In this document: positions 19,748-29,127 of the stretch, piece by piece
How positions within the stretch are numbered: position 1 is the first letter of the stretch
Layout: each line of letters begins with the position of its first letter
DNA from: an uncultured Lentisphaerales bacterium
GTDB lineage: Bacteria; Verrucomicrobiota; Kiritimatiellia; RFP12; JAAYLN01
Assembly: GCA_964592855.1 (NCBI GenBank)
Contig: CAZQKI010000002.1
Location: forward strand, 4,356 to 68,355
Length of the DNA stretch: 64,000 nucleotides
Reading direction: 5' to 3'
The notes under the pieces: model-generated
What the model saw: only the letters and a program-made list of their open reading frames with translations
What the model was told of the DNA's origin: nothing
Databases searched by the model: none
Program-made: the position numbers and the translations under genes

Positions 19748-20425
19748 ATGGACCACTTTTGGAAATGGCTCATGCGCACGGATGCCCGCAGCATCTTCGT
19801 GATCTCGCTGCTGCTCTTCATTCTCGTCACCGGCTGGCGCGTCTGGATGGCGATGCAGCCGCGTCCTGCCGCCGAGCCGCCGCCGGTGACGGCCGAGCCC
19901 GTCAAGTCGACGCCGTTCCGGCCGCTGGGGGTCATGAACCTCATCTCGAATCAATTTTCGGCCCAGACCCTGGTTGTCCCCGTGAATCCCTTCCGTCCGA
20001 CCTTCGAGGCGATGGTGCGGAATCCCGAGAGCGGAGATTTGCAGGCCATTGCCGGCGTTCCTGCGGGCGGTGCCCAGCGCCAGTCCGACGGGCAACGGGA
20101 ACACGATACGCAGAGGGACCACGCGGACCACGGCCAGCAGCGCGGAGGGGGCCGTGATCGCGGCGGGAAACCCGATCCGGCAGACCCCGCCCCGCCGCCG
20201 ATTCCGCAGTTCGCCTTCAAGGGGATGTTCCAGCGTCCCGACGGGCGCATCGCGGCCTACGTGGGAAGCTCGGTGGGAGGCGGACAATTTCTGGCCGCCG
20301 GCGATAAGCTTGCGGGCTTCGAGGTGGTGGAGGCTTCGGCCGAAGGGGTGACGCTGAAGATGGCCGATGGCACGACGCGCGTGCTGGCCAAGGGTGACGA
20401 TCCGGTAGCCCTGGGGGTTGAATGA
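19748..20425 (+). CDS. PilP-like hypothetical membrane-anchored protein
   Basis: N-terminal TM (IFVISLLLFILVTGW), charged Gly/Arg/Asp-rich low-complexity middle, C-terminal small beta domain. Position between pilO and pilB. The listed ORF start at 19739 is a TTG; first ATG at 19748. Confidence 0.4.
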   Translation: MDHFWKWLMRTDARSIFVISLLLFILVTGWRVWMAMQPRPAAEPPPVTAEPVKSTPFRPLGVMNLISNQFSAQTLVVPVNPFRPTFEAMVRNPESGDLQAIAGVPAGGAQRQSDGQREHDTQRDHADHGQQRGGGRDRGGKPDPADPAPPPIPQFAFKGMFQRPDGRIAAYVGSSVGGGQFLAAGDKLAGFEVVEASAEGVTLKMADGTTRVLAKGDDPVALGVE

Positions 20426-20428
20426 GCC

Positions 20429-22204
20429 ATGGCTGAAGTTTCCGAATCCCCCGCCGTTGCTCCCGCGTCCGTGCCGCCGCCTGCCGTCGAGCAGGATCTG
20501 CGCTTCTACGGCGCCGACCTTGTCCAGGATTTCGTGACGCATCTGCTGGAGCATCAGCTGATTTCCGAGGAGCAGTTGACCGAGGTGCAGAATCGCTCCT
20601 CGCTCACGGGACAGCCGATCGACAAGCTCCTGATCGACGAGGCCATCATCGATGAGAAGGCGCTCCTCGCCGCGTACAGCGAGCTGAGCGGCATCCCCTT
20701 CCATAAAATCGGCGATTTCAAGATCGACCCCAGTCTCGCGGAGCGGGTCAATTCGCGACTGGCGCTGCGCCACCGCGTGGTGCCCGTGGCGCTGGCCGAC
20801 GGCGTCCTGACCCTGGCTGTCGCTCGCGTACCCCCGTCCATGACGGTCGAAGGCCTGCGCATGGTGCTGGAGATGCCCATCGCCTTCGTCCTCTGCACCG
20901 ACAGCGACGTCTCGCGGTCGCTGACCCATTTCTACGGCCTGGGGGCGGAGACGGTCGAAGAGCTGATCGCCAACGCGCCCGTCGATGAAAACGAAGACGC
21001 GGATGATGACATTTCCTCCATCTCGGACGAGACGGGCATGGTGCGTTTCATCAACATGATCATTGCCGAGGGCATCCGCATGGACGCCACCGACATCCAC
21101 ATCGAGCCCTTTGAGGACACGCTGCGCCTCCGTTGCCGCGTGGATGGCATCCTGCAGGAGGTGCCGCTGCCCAAGGGGGTCGAGAAGCTCCGGCGGTCGG
21201 TCTCCTCGGCCGTGAAGATCATGGCGGCAATGGACATCGCTGAACGCCGCAAGCCGCACGACGGACGCATCAAGGTCCGGTATGACAACGGCGAATACGA
21301 CTTGCGCGTCTCGGTCCTCCCCACCGGCTACGGGGAGACCTGCTGTCTGCGTATCCTGAACCGCAGTTCGGTCTTCACCGACCTCGACCGCCTCGGCCTC
21401 TCGCCCAATCAGCTGCCGAAGATCCGCGCCATGACCGACCTGCCGCATGGCGTCATTCTGCTGACGGGGCCGACGGGCAGCGGCAAGACGACCACGCTGT
21501 ATGCCATCCTGGCGCGGTTGAACGTCACGGGGGTGAAGATCATCACCGTGGAGGATCCCGTCGAATACCGGATGGACGGGGTGAGCCAGGTCCAGGTTCA
21601 CAGCAAGATCGACCTGACCTTCGCAAACGTGCTGCGGTCGGTGCTCCGCCACGACCCCGACGTGATTCTGATCGGGGAAATCCGCGACTCCGAAACGGCG
21701 GACATCGCCGTCCGCTCCTCGCTGACGGGCCATCTGGTGTTAAGCACGCTGCACACCAACGATGCCCCGAGCGCCATCACGCGTCTGACGGACATGGGCG
21801 TCGAACCCTATCTGATCGCCTCCTGCGTGGAGGGCATCGTCGCCCAGCGCCTCGTGCGCAAAGTCTGCACACAATGCGCACATCCCGATGAGCTGGCGCC
21901 GGGAATCCGCAGCGAGATCCTCGCCTTCTACCCGAGCTTCGCGGATACGGCCAAGTTCGTGCTGGGCAACGGCTGCCCCAACTGCGCCTTCACCGGGTAT
22001 CGCGGACGAAGCGCGATCAACGAAGTGATGGTGATGAGCGACCCCCTCCGCAGCCTGGTGGTGCGCCGTGATCCCGCGAATCTCATCAAGGATCTCGCGA
22101 TCGCCGAGGGGATGATCACCCTCCGCCGCGATGGCTACCTTCGCGTCGTCGAGGGGCGCACCTCGGTCGAAGAGGTGCTGCGCGTCGTCGGCAAGGGTGA
22201 CTAA
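20429..22204 (+). CDS. Type II secretion / type IV pilus assembly ATPase (GspE/PilB family)
   Basis: Walker A LLTGPTGSGKTTT, GspE signature VEDPVEY, His box, tetracysteine motif CTQC...CPNC. Confidence 0.9.
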   Translation: MAEVSESPAVAPASVPPPAVEQDLRFYGADLVQDFVTHLLEHQLISEEQLTEVQNRSSLTGQPIDKLLIDEAIIDEKALLAAYSELSGIPFHKIGDFKIDPSLAERVNSRLALRHRVVPVALADGVLTLAVARVPPSMTVEGLRMVLEMPIAFVLCTDSDVSRSLTHFYGLGAETVEELIANAPVDENEDADDDISSISDETGMVRFINMIIAEGIRMDATDIHIEPFEDTLRLRCRVDGILQEVPLPKGVEKLRRSVSSAVKIMAAMDIAERRKPHDGRIKVRYDNGEYDLRVSVLPTGYGETCCLRILNRSSVFTDLDRLGLSPNQLPKIRAMTDLPHGVILLTGPTGSGKTTTLYAILARLNVTGVKIITVEDPVEYRMDGVSQVQVHSKIDLTFANVLRSVLRHDPDVILIGEIRDSETADIAVRSSLTGHLVLSTLHTNDAPSAITRLTDMGVEPYLIASCVEGIVAQRLVRKVCTQCAHPDELAPGIRSEILAFYPSFADTAKFVLGNGCPNCAFTGYRGRSAINEVMVMSDPLRSLVVRRDPANLIKDLAIAEGMITLRRDGYLRVVEGRTSVEEVLRVVGKGD

Positions 22205-22213
22205 TGCGGGCCG

Positions 22214-22262
22214 GTAATCAGTAATCAGTCATCAGTAATCAGTGATCAGTAATCGGTGATCA
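22214..22262. repeat. Tandem heptanucleotide repeat (GTNATCA)x7
   Basis: gtaatca gtaatca gtcatca gtaatca gtgatca gtaatcg gtgatca read directly, 10 nt after the pilB stop. Confidence 0.9.
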
Positions 22263-22337
22263 GTGGGACAAGTTAGTTTCTCGCAAAGGCGCAAAGGCCG
22301 CAAAGGGTTTCAACCTTGACGTCTTTGGGTAACGTTC

Positions 22338-22453
22338 GAAAATCTGGACGCTCAGCCCCGAAAGGTGGGGCGAGCCGTCTCGGCGAGCCGCGCGATGGGG
22401 TGCGGGGGCGGCTCGGCGGGGACGCCTCGCCCTACCTTTGAAAATCTGGGCGC
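22338..22453. repeat. MITE-like palindromic element flanked by 14-bp direct repeats GAAAATCTGG(A/G)CGC
   Basis: DR at 22338..22351 and 22440..22453. Between them a ~17-bp outer stem (ccgaaaggtggggcgag / ctcgccctacctttg) enclosing inner hairpins gccgtctcggc and cgagccgc...gcggctcg. Confidence 0.6.
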
Positions 22454-22491
22454 ATGAGCCGAGTCGAGTAAGTGAGGATCGGGGAGCGTAT

Positions 22492-22815
22492 CCGGTTAAG
22501 GGTGGCGGTTAAGAGTAAGCGGTTAAGAGTGTGCGTTGCTCAGGACACTTAACCGTACACTTCGTCGCCACCCTTAAGCGGAATGGCGCGTACTTAAGGT
22601 CGTTTTGGGACAAAACGCCGTGATAGGCTTTGCCTGACGTTGTTTGTGGGTGTGTGAGTTTGTGAGTATGTGGGAAGTGTGCGAAAAGACAGGCGATACG
22701 TGACATTATTTCGCTCACACACTCACACACACACCCACACACCCACGCACCAGACAATTTGACCAACCATCGTCATGGCAATGGGCTTAAGTACGCGCCA
22801 TTCCCCTTAAGCGGA
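22492..22815. repeat. Nested inverted-repeat structure (candidate structured ncRNA or MITE)
   Basis: Tandem cggttaag(a/g)gt x3 (22492..22535). A 27-28 bp outer IR cccttaagcggaatggcgcgtacttaag (22571..22598) vs cttaagtacgcgccattccccttaagcgg (22786..22814). An inner ~40-bp GT-rich / CA-rich imperfect hairpin (22641..22751). A small hairpin cgttttgggacaaaacg at ~22602. The listed ORF 22509..22766(-) lies inside and is considered spurious. Confidence 0.6.
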
Positions 22816-23075
22816 TACCCGATCCCCGCTTATGCGATCCCGCCTGGGGGCGCCGGCAGCGGGAGAATCGAGGACGAGGACGAGAACGATGAAGATTGAT
22901 CGTTGTCGTGATCCTCGTAGCGATCTTCAACTGAGCATCCACGAGAAATCTCATATCTCATCCCGCTACGAGCACGGGATGGTCCACATAGCGCGCCGCG
23001 TAGGAAATACAGGCGCGAATATCCGCGGCATCCAAGTCTGGAAAGACGACAGTTTAGCCATTTCGCCCGTCAGGA

Positions 23076-23624
23076 TCAACTCGGTAGAACCAGCCCTTTT
23101 GCAACGGCGTCGGCAGTGGCTGCGCCGGCGAGCCGGCGGACGATGGCGAGGGCGAAGTCGAAGCTGGTGCCGGGACCCTGGCTGGTGATGATGTTGCCGT
23201 CCTCGACGACGCGGTCATCGATGCGCCGGGGCACGGTCAGCGCCCCGGCCACGCCGGGATGACAGGTCACGGTACATCCCGCCAGGAGGCCGGCGGCCTG
23301 CAGCACCAGCGGCCCGGCGCAGATCGCGGCCACGGGCTTGCCCTGCTCGACGAAGGTGCGCAAGGCCTGCAGCAGGCGTTCGTCCTTCTGCAGCAGCCGG
23401 GTGCCGCCCATGCCGCCGGGGATGGCGATCATGTCGAACGTGCCGGGATCGATTTTCGACCAGGCCGTGTCGGCCACCAGCTTGACGCCGCGCGAGGCGG
23501 TCACCTGCAGCGCATCGGTCATCGCGACGGCGACGGCTTCGATCTTCGCCCGCCGGAGGACATCCAGCAGGATCACGCATTCCATCTCTTCGACGCCTTC
23601 AGCCAGGGGAACCAGAACGCGCAT
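23076..23624 (-). CDS. DJ-1/PfpI family protein
   Basis: AAICAGP nucleophile elbow motif and overall DJ-1/ThiJ pattern (IAIPGGMGG). Confidence 0.8.
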   Translation of the reverse strand: MRVLVPLAEGVEEMECVILLDVLRRAKIEAVAVAMTDALQVTASRGVKLVADTAWSKIDPGTFDMIAIPGGMGGTRLLQKDERLLQALRTFVEQGKPVAAICAGPLVLQAAGLLAGCTVTCHPGVAGALTVPRRIDDRVVEDGNIITSQGPGTSFDFALAIVRRLAGAATADAVAKGLVLPS

Positions 23625-23643
23625 GGTGGGTCTCCTTGTCGGT

Positions 23644-25509
23644 TTAGCGGGCGAGGCGGCGGCGCGCCTGGCGCGTAAGGGGTTCGCCGCCTTCTCTACC
23701 GGCCGCCGGCGGAGCCGTGAAATCGGTGGGTGCCGCCGCGCTCTTTTTCTTCTGCCAGAGGAGCTGCGCGATGGCGAGGACCTGGCTCACGGTCCAGTAG
23801 AGGACGAGGGCGGAGGGCATCGTATAGAACATGAAGAGCATCATCCCGGGCATCATCCACATCATCATCTTCTGCTGCGCGGGATCGCCCATGGCGGGGG
23901 TGAGCTTGCTTTGCAGCAGCATCGTGCCCGCCATGAAGAAGGGGAGGATGTTGAGCGCGGGGACCAGGGGAAGGACGCCGGCCAGGAGATTCTCCGGCTC
24001 GCTGAGGTCGGCGATCCAGAGGAAGGGGGCGAAGCGCAGTTCGACGGCGCTGCGCAGAACGGTGAAGAGCGCGATGAAGACCGGGATCTGGACCAGCATG
24101 GGGAGGCAGCTCGACAGGGGGTTGACCTTGTTCTCGCGGTAGATCTTCCACGTCTCCTGCTGGAGCTTCTGGGGTTCGGTCTTGAACTGCGCCTGGATTT
24201 CCTTGAGCTTGGGCTGGATGGCCTGCATCCGCTTCATGCTCTCGGTGCTCTTGTGGGTGAGCGGCCAGAAGACGATGCGGACCAGGAGGGTCAGGAGGAT
24301 GATGGCGATGCCGTAGTTCGGGATCAGGCCGTAGAAGAAGTTCAGGGTGGGGACCAGCAGGACGCACATCCACTTGAAGGTGCCGAACTGCATGATTTCG
24401 GCGGAGCGGGGGGCATAGCGCTGCAGCAGGGCGAGCTTCTTCGGGCCGACGTAGAGCGTGTAGTTGCGTTCGAGGGTCGCTCCGGCGGCGCCGATGATGG
24501 CGGCGGGGAAGCGGATCTGCGCGGCGACATGCTGCAGGGTCAGGGGGCCGGCTCCGTCGAGGCGGGTGACGTCGACGCGGTAGCCGGCGTTGGTGGCGTC
24601 GCTCGTGAAGGCCTGCACGAAGAAGCGGGACTTGAGCGCGACCCACTCCTGGGGTTCGCCGACGTGCGTCGTGGCGACGAGGGGAAGGCCGTCGGCGGAT
24701 GGCGCGCCACCGCAGCCGCCGCCGCCCTTCCCGCCGGTGAAGAGCTTGTTCAGCTTGGTGTCCCAGTGGCGGACCTTGCCGAGGCGTCCGCCTTCGTCGC
24801 GCTGTGCGGCGAGTGTGTCGACGCCCAGGGTGTCGTTCTTGGAGAGTCCGCGATGGACGGCGCCCAGCGAGATTCCGCAGGCGGGGAGGGGGTGGGGAGT
24901 GTCGCCGGCATTGACGATCCGGTCGCGGACGGCGATGCGGTAATCGGGAAGGATCGAGATCCGGCGCTCCAAAGTCAGGCCGGACTCGTTCCGGCAGGCG
25001 AGAGTGACTGTCGTTTCGCCATCGGTTGAGACAAGGGTGTAGTCGGCATTGGCGCCGAAGCCGGGGATGTCCTTGTAGGCGAGGGCCGGAGAGGGGGCAA
25101 AGTCGAGGACGACGGGCTTGCTGCCGCGCTCCACGGTCGAGCGGTAGTCGAGGAGGGTTGCATCGCGCAGCGTGCCGCCCTTAGAGGAGAAGGTGAGCAT
25201 CATCTTGTCATTGGTCAGGACGGCGGTCTGTTCGGGGACGTCCGTGGCGGGTTCGTCGGCCGAAACGACGGGCGCGGGCGCTGCTGCCGGTGCGGCGGGG
25301 ACGCTGGTCGCCGTATTCGTGGCCTGCAGGAAGGCGGCGGAATTCTGCGCGTCGGGCGAAAGCGCAACCGCGGTCGTGTTGGTCGCGGCGGCGGCAGCGC
25401 GTTCGCGGACGGCGGCGATCCGCTGCTGGGTGACCCGGTTCTGATAGAAGAGCCAGCCGAGCAGCAGCACGGCGAGAACGACGACGATCGAGATATCCTG
25501 TTTGTTCAT
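23644..25509 (-). CDS. yidC: Membrane protein insertase YidC
   Basis: N-terminal TM then large periplasmic domain, C-terminal 5-TM core with conserved YidC motifs (GLIPNYGIAIILLTLLVRIVFWPL, QPKLKEIQ). Start at MNKQDISIVVVL (25509); the upstream 51 codons of the listed ORF are a Pro/Arg-rich artefact. ATGA overlap with the yidD stop. Confidence 0.85.
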   Translation of the reverse strand: MNKQDISIVVVLAVLLLGWLFYQNRVTQQRIAAVRERAAAAATNTTAVALSPDAQNSAAFLQATNTATSVPAAPAAAPAPVVSADEPATDVPEQTAVLTNDKMMLTFSSKGGTLRDATLLDYRSTVERGSKPVVLDFAPSPALAYKDIPGFGANADYTLVSTDGETTVTLACRNESGLTLERRISILPDYRIAVRDRIVNAGDTPHPLPACGISLGAVHRGLSKNDTLGVDTLAAQRDEGGRLGKVRHWDTKLNKLFTGGKGGGGCGGAPSADGLPLVATTHVGEPQEWVALKSRFFVQAFTSDATNAGYRVDVTRLDGAGPLTLQHVAAQIRFPAAIIGAAGATLERNYTLYVGPKKLALLQRYAPRSAEIMQFGTFKWMCVLLVPTLNFFYGLIPNYGIAIILLTLLVRIVFWPLTHKSTESMKRMQAIQPKLKEIQAQFKTEPQKLQQETWKIYRENKVNPLSSCLPMLVQIPVFIALFTVLRSAVELRFAPFLWIADLSEPENLLAGVLPLVPALNILPFFMAGTMLLQSKLTPAMGDPAQQKMMMWMMPGMMLFMFYTMPSALVLYWTVSQVLAIAQLLWQKKKSAAAPTDFTAPPAAGREGGEPLTRQARRRLAR

Positions 25510-25775
25510 CAAGGTGTTCCTAGCGAAGTGTGGGAGGTGCAACAGCGGGGCGGCGGGACGGGGTCGGGGCCGCAGGGGCCAAAGGGGTGGCAGCGCAGGA
25601 GGCGCCTGACGCCCAGCGCGAGTCCGCGGAGCGGGCCGTGGAGGCGCAGCGCCTCGATGCAATAGTTCGAGCAGGAGGGTTCAAACCGGCAGCACCCGTT
25701 GAAAAGCGGCGCCAGCACGACTTGGTAGGCCCGGACGCACAGGATCATCAGTTGGACGAGGAACCGGGCGATCAT
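25509..25775 (-). CDS. yidD: Membrane protein insertion efficiency factor YidD
   Basis: MIARFLVQLMILCVRAYQVVLAPLFNGCCRFEPSCSNYCIEALRLHG matches YidD (DUF37) with conserved Cys residues. Only the C-terminal 88 codons of the listed ORF 25509..26030. Confidence 0.8.
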   Translation of the reverse strand: MIARFLVQLMILCVRAYQVVLAPLFNGCCRFEPSCSNYCIEALRLHGPLRGLALGVRRLLRCHPFGPCGPDPVPPPRCCTSHTSLGTP

Positions 25776-26191
25776 ACGGGCTCCTTCCCGATCCGCGCCT
25801 GCCGGCAGATCTTCCGGAACTCGGCGGCCACGTCGGCCTGGCGGGCTTCGCGGATCGGCCGGCGCGCCAGCAGGATCAGATCGATTCCCGGGATCAGGTT
25901 GGGGCGGTTCAGCCGGTAGGTTTCGCGCAGCAGGCGCCGTGCACGGTTGCGGTCGACGGCGTGCGGGAGGATGCGCTTGGTCGCCACGACACCCAGTTGT
26001 CCCTGCGTCTCCTCGGTTTTTCGCAGCCACATGACAAAATAGCGCCCCGCGCGGGTGTCATTGCTGTCGAATGTCGCACGATAACCGGGTGGTTTGAGCC
26101 TGCGTTCGCGCGGAAGCCCGAAAGCCGCAACGCGAGCAGGCGGCGCCAAAGGGGGCGCCGCGTGGTTCACGCTTTGCTGACGCCCGCACAT
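25772..26191 (-). CDS. rnpA: Ribonuclease P protein component
   Basis: C-terminal LPRERRLKPPGYRATFD...GVVATKRILPHAVDRNRARRLLRETYRL matches RnpA. Located between rpmH and yidD. Start (26191, MCGRQQ) is uncertain. Confidence 0.7.
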   Translation of the reverse strand: MCGRQQSVNHAAPPLAPPARVAAFGLPRERRLKPPGYRATFDSNDTRAGRYFVMWLRKTEETQGQLGVVATKRILPHAVDRNRARRLLRETYRLNRPNLIPGIDLILLARRPIREARQADVAAEFRKICRQARIGKEPV

Positions 26192-26205
26192 GATGGACGG
26201 ATGCC

Positions 26206-26343
26206 TCAAACGGCGGTTAGGCGGACGCGGCCCTTCTGACGACGCCGCGCCAGAACCTTGCGTCCGCCGCGGGTTGCCATGCGTGCGCGGAACCCGAGCT
26301 TGCGGACGCGCTTGATCTTGGAAGGTTGCCAAAGTTGTTTCAT
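26206..26343 (-). CDS. rpmH: 50S ribosomal protein L34
   Basis: Manual translation of the minus strand gives [45 protein letters not shown], a near-consensus L34. Below the 60-aa cutoff of the ORF track. Confidence 0.9.
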   Translation of the reverse strand: MKQLWQPSKIKRVRKLGFRARMATRGGRKVLARRRQKGRVRLTAV

Positions 26344-26444
26344 GGTCAGGTAGCCTCGAATACGGCCCATTGAAGCGGGCGTGAATCAGAATTTTTAAGT
26401 TTACCAGAATGACGGCGAATGTCAACCCGGCAGCCGGGGTTGTT

Positions 26445-27821
26445 CTAGTAGCCCAGTTCCTTCTCGGTCTCGCCGATGGCTTCCTCGATGATGTCGATTC
26501 CCTTGATGAGGGCGGCATCTTCCATGATGACGGGGGGGCTCATGCGGAGGATGTGTCCGGCGGGCACCCAGGCCAGGCCTTTGGTGAAGGCCTTTTGATA
26601 GACGCGCTTTCCGGCCTCGTCGAAGGGCTCCTTCGTTGTGCGGTCCTTGACCAGTTCGATGCCCATCAGGCAGCCCTTGGCGCGGACATCGCCCACGATC
26701 TTGTGGCGTCCCATCATGGCGGTCATCCGCTTCATCGCCAGTTCGCCGAGATGCGTCGAGCGGGCGTTGAGGTTTTCCTCCTCGATGACTTCGATCGAGG
26801 CGAGGGCCGCGGCGCAGGCCATCGGGTTGCCGCCGTAGCTGCTGGAGGCGGAGATCGACTCGAAGCACTCCTTGTGGGCCTCGCGGACGGCGACGCAGGT
26901 GACGGGGAACCCGTTGCCGAATCCCTTGCCGAGTGTGACGACATCGGGAACGACATTCCAGTGCTCGCAGCACAGGAACTTGCCGGTGCGGGCCATGCTG
27001 GTCAGCACCTCGTCGGCCATGAGCAGGATGTGGTGGCGGTCGCATAAGGCGCGGACCTTCGGGAAGAAGTCATCTGGCGGAATGACGGATCCGGCCCAGC
27101 CCTGGATCGGTTCGAGGACGAACGCGGCCACCTGGTGCGCCGTGGCGCGGGCGATATATTCCTCGTAGAAGGCGATGTAGGCGTCGGTGTCAATGGTGCC
27201 GTCGGCCTTCTTCCAGTGCGGGCGGTAGGGATCGGGCCGGGGCATCATGTGGAAGCCGGGGGCGCGGGTGGGGCCGTAGACGTTGGAGCGGATCTCGCCC
27301 ATCGAGACGGCGCCATAGGTCTTGCCGTGGAAGTCGTTGAAGCAGGAGAGCATCTCGTGCTGCTTGGTGACGGCGCGGCAGACGCGCTGTCCGGCTTCGA
27401 CGGCGGCCGTGCCGCAATCGTAGAGTTGGAAGCCGTTCAGGTCGCCGGGGAGGATCGACGCGAGTTTCTCCATCAGTTGCATCTTGATGGGCGTGGTGAA
27501 GTCGTGGGCGTTCATCAGTTGCCCGGCGGCCTTCTGGACGGCCTCGGTGACTTTCGGGTGGCAGTGGCCGAGGGTGGTCACGTAGATGCCCGAGGAGAAG
27601 TCGAGGTAACGGTTGCCGTCGACGTCGACCAGTTCGCATCCCTTGCCCGAAGCGAAGGCGACGGGGAAGAGTTTGACCTGACCGCTCAACCCCTTGAAAT
27701 ACTTGCAGGTCCGGGCGTGCATTTCACGCGACTTGGGTCCGGGAGGTGCGATCTTGATGCTCGGCACCTGGTCGAGGGGAACATGCGCCCAGTAGGCGGG
27801 GCCTTCGGCGAATTTACTCAT
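26445..27821 (-). CDS. Class III pyridoxal-phosphate-dependent aminotransferase
   Basis: Aspartate-aminotransferase-family class III pattern (LMADEVLTSMARTGKF, TLGKGFGNGFPV with PLP-lysine). Confidence 0.7.
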   Translation of the reverse strand: MSKFAEGPAYWAHVPLDQVPSIKIAPPGPKSREMHARTCKYFKGLSGQVKLFPVAFASGKGCELVDVDGNRYLDFSSGIYVTTLGHCHPKVTEAVQKAAGQLMNAHDFTTPIKMQLMEKLASILPGDLNGFQLYDCGTAAVEAGQRVCRAVTKQHEMLSCFNDFHGKTYGAVSMGEIRSNVYGPTRAPGFHMMPRPDPYRPHWKKADGTIDTDAYIAFYEEYIARATAHQVAAFVLEPIQGWAGSVIPPDDFFPKVRALCDRHHILLMADEVLTSMARTGKFLCCEHWNVVPDVVTLGKGFGNGFPVTCVAVREAHKECFESISASSSYGGNPMACAAALASIEVIEEENLNARSTHLGELAMKRMTAMMGRHKIVGDVRAKGCLMGIELVKDRTTKEPFDEAGKRVYQKAFTKGLAWVPAGHILRMSPPVIMEDAALIKGIDIIEEAIGETEKELGY

Positions 27822-28042
27822 TTTTCTGATTCCTGATGCTTTTGCCGGGGTGCTGCACTGCGCGAGGCACCCGAGGGATGGAAGAAAGGCGGCATTTTGG
27901 CATTTTTGCTGCGGGGCGTCAAGTTTGCGGTTTTCCGCGGCGTGTCATAATCTTTTGGACTTGACCCGAGGGGGGTAAATCGCGCAAAATGCAACGCAAC
28001 GCGCATTAAGGGCATTGTGCATGCGTGTGGAAGTCGCCTACG

Positions 28043-29068
<1,026 letters not shown>

Positions 29069-29127
29069 TCATGATTTCATTTGCCTCCTCCTCGGAAACG
29101 ACCGGTTTGTCGGTTTGATGGAGTTGG

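Noticed and set aside
22509-22766. 85-aa ORF inside the nested inverted-repeat region
   Set aside because: Translation (CGCVCECVSE...HPQTTSGK) derives from GT/CA dinucleotide-rich repeat DNA. No RBS or plausible domain.
22832-23188. 118-aa plus-strand ORF
   Set aside because: Overlaps the 3' end of the DJ-1 gene in antisense and extends from the repeat region. Arg-rich tail. No support.
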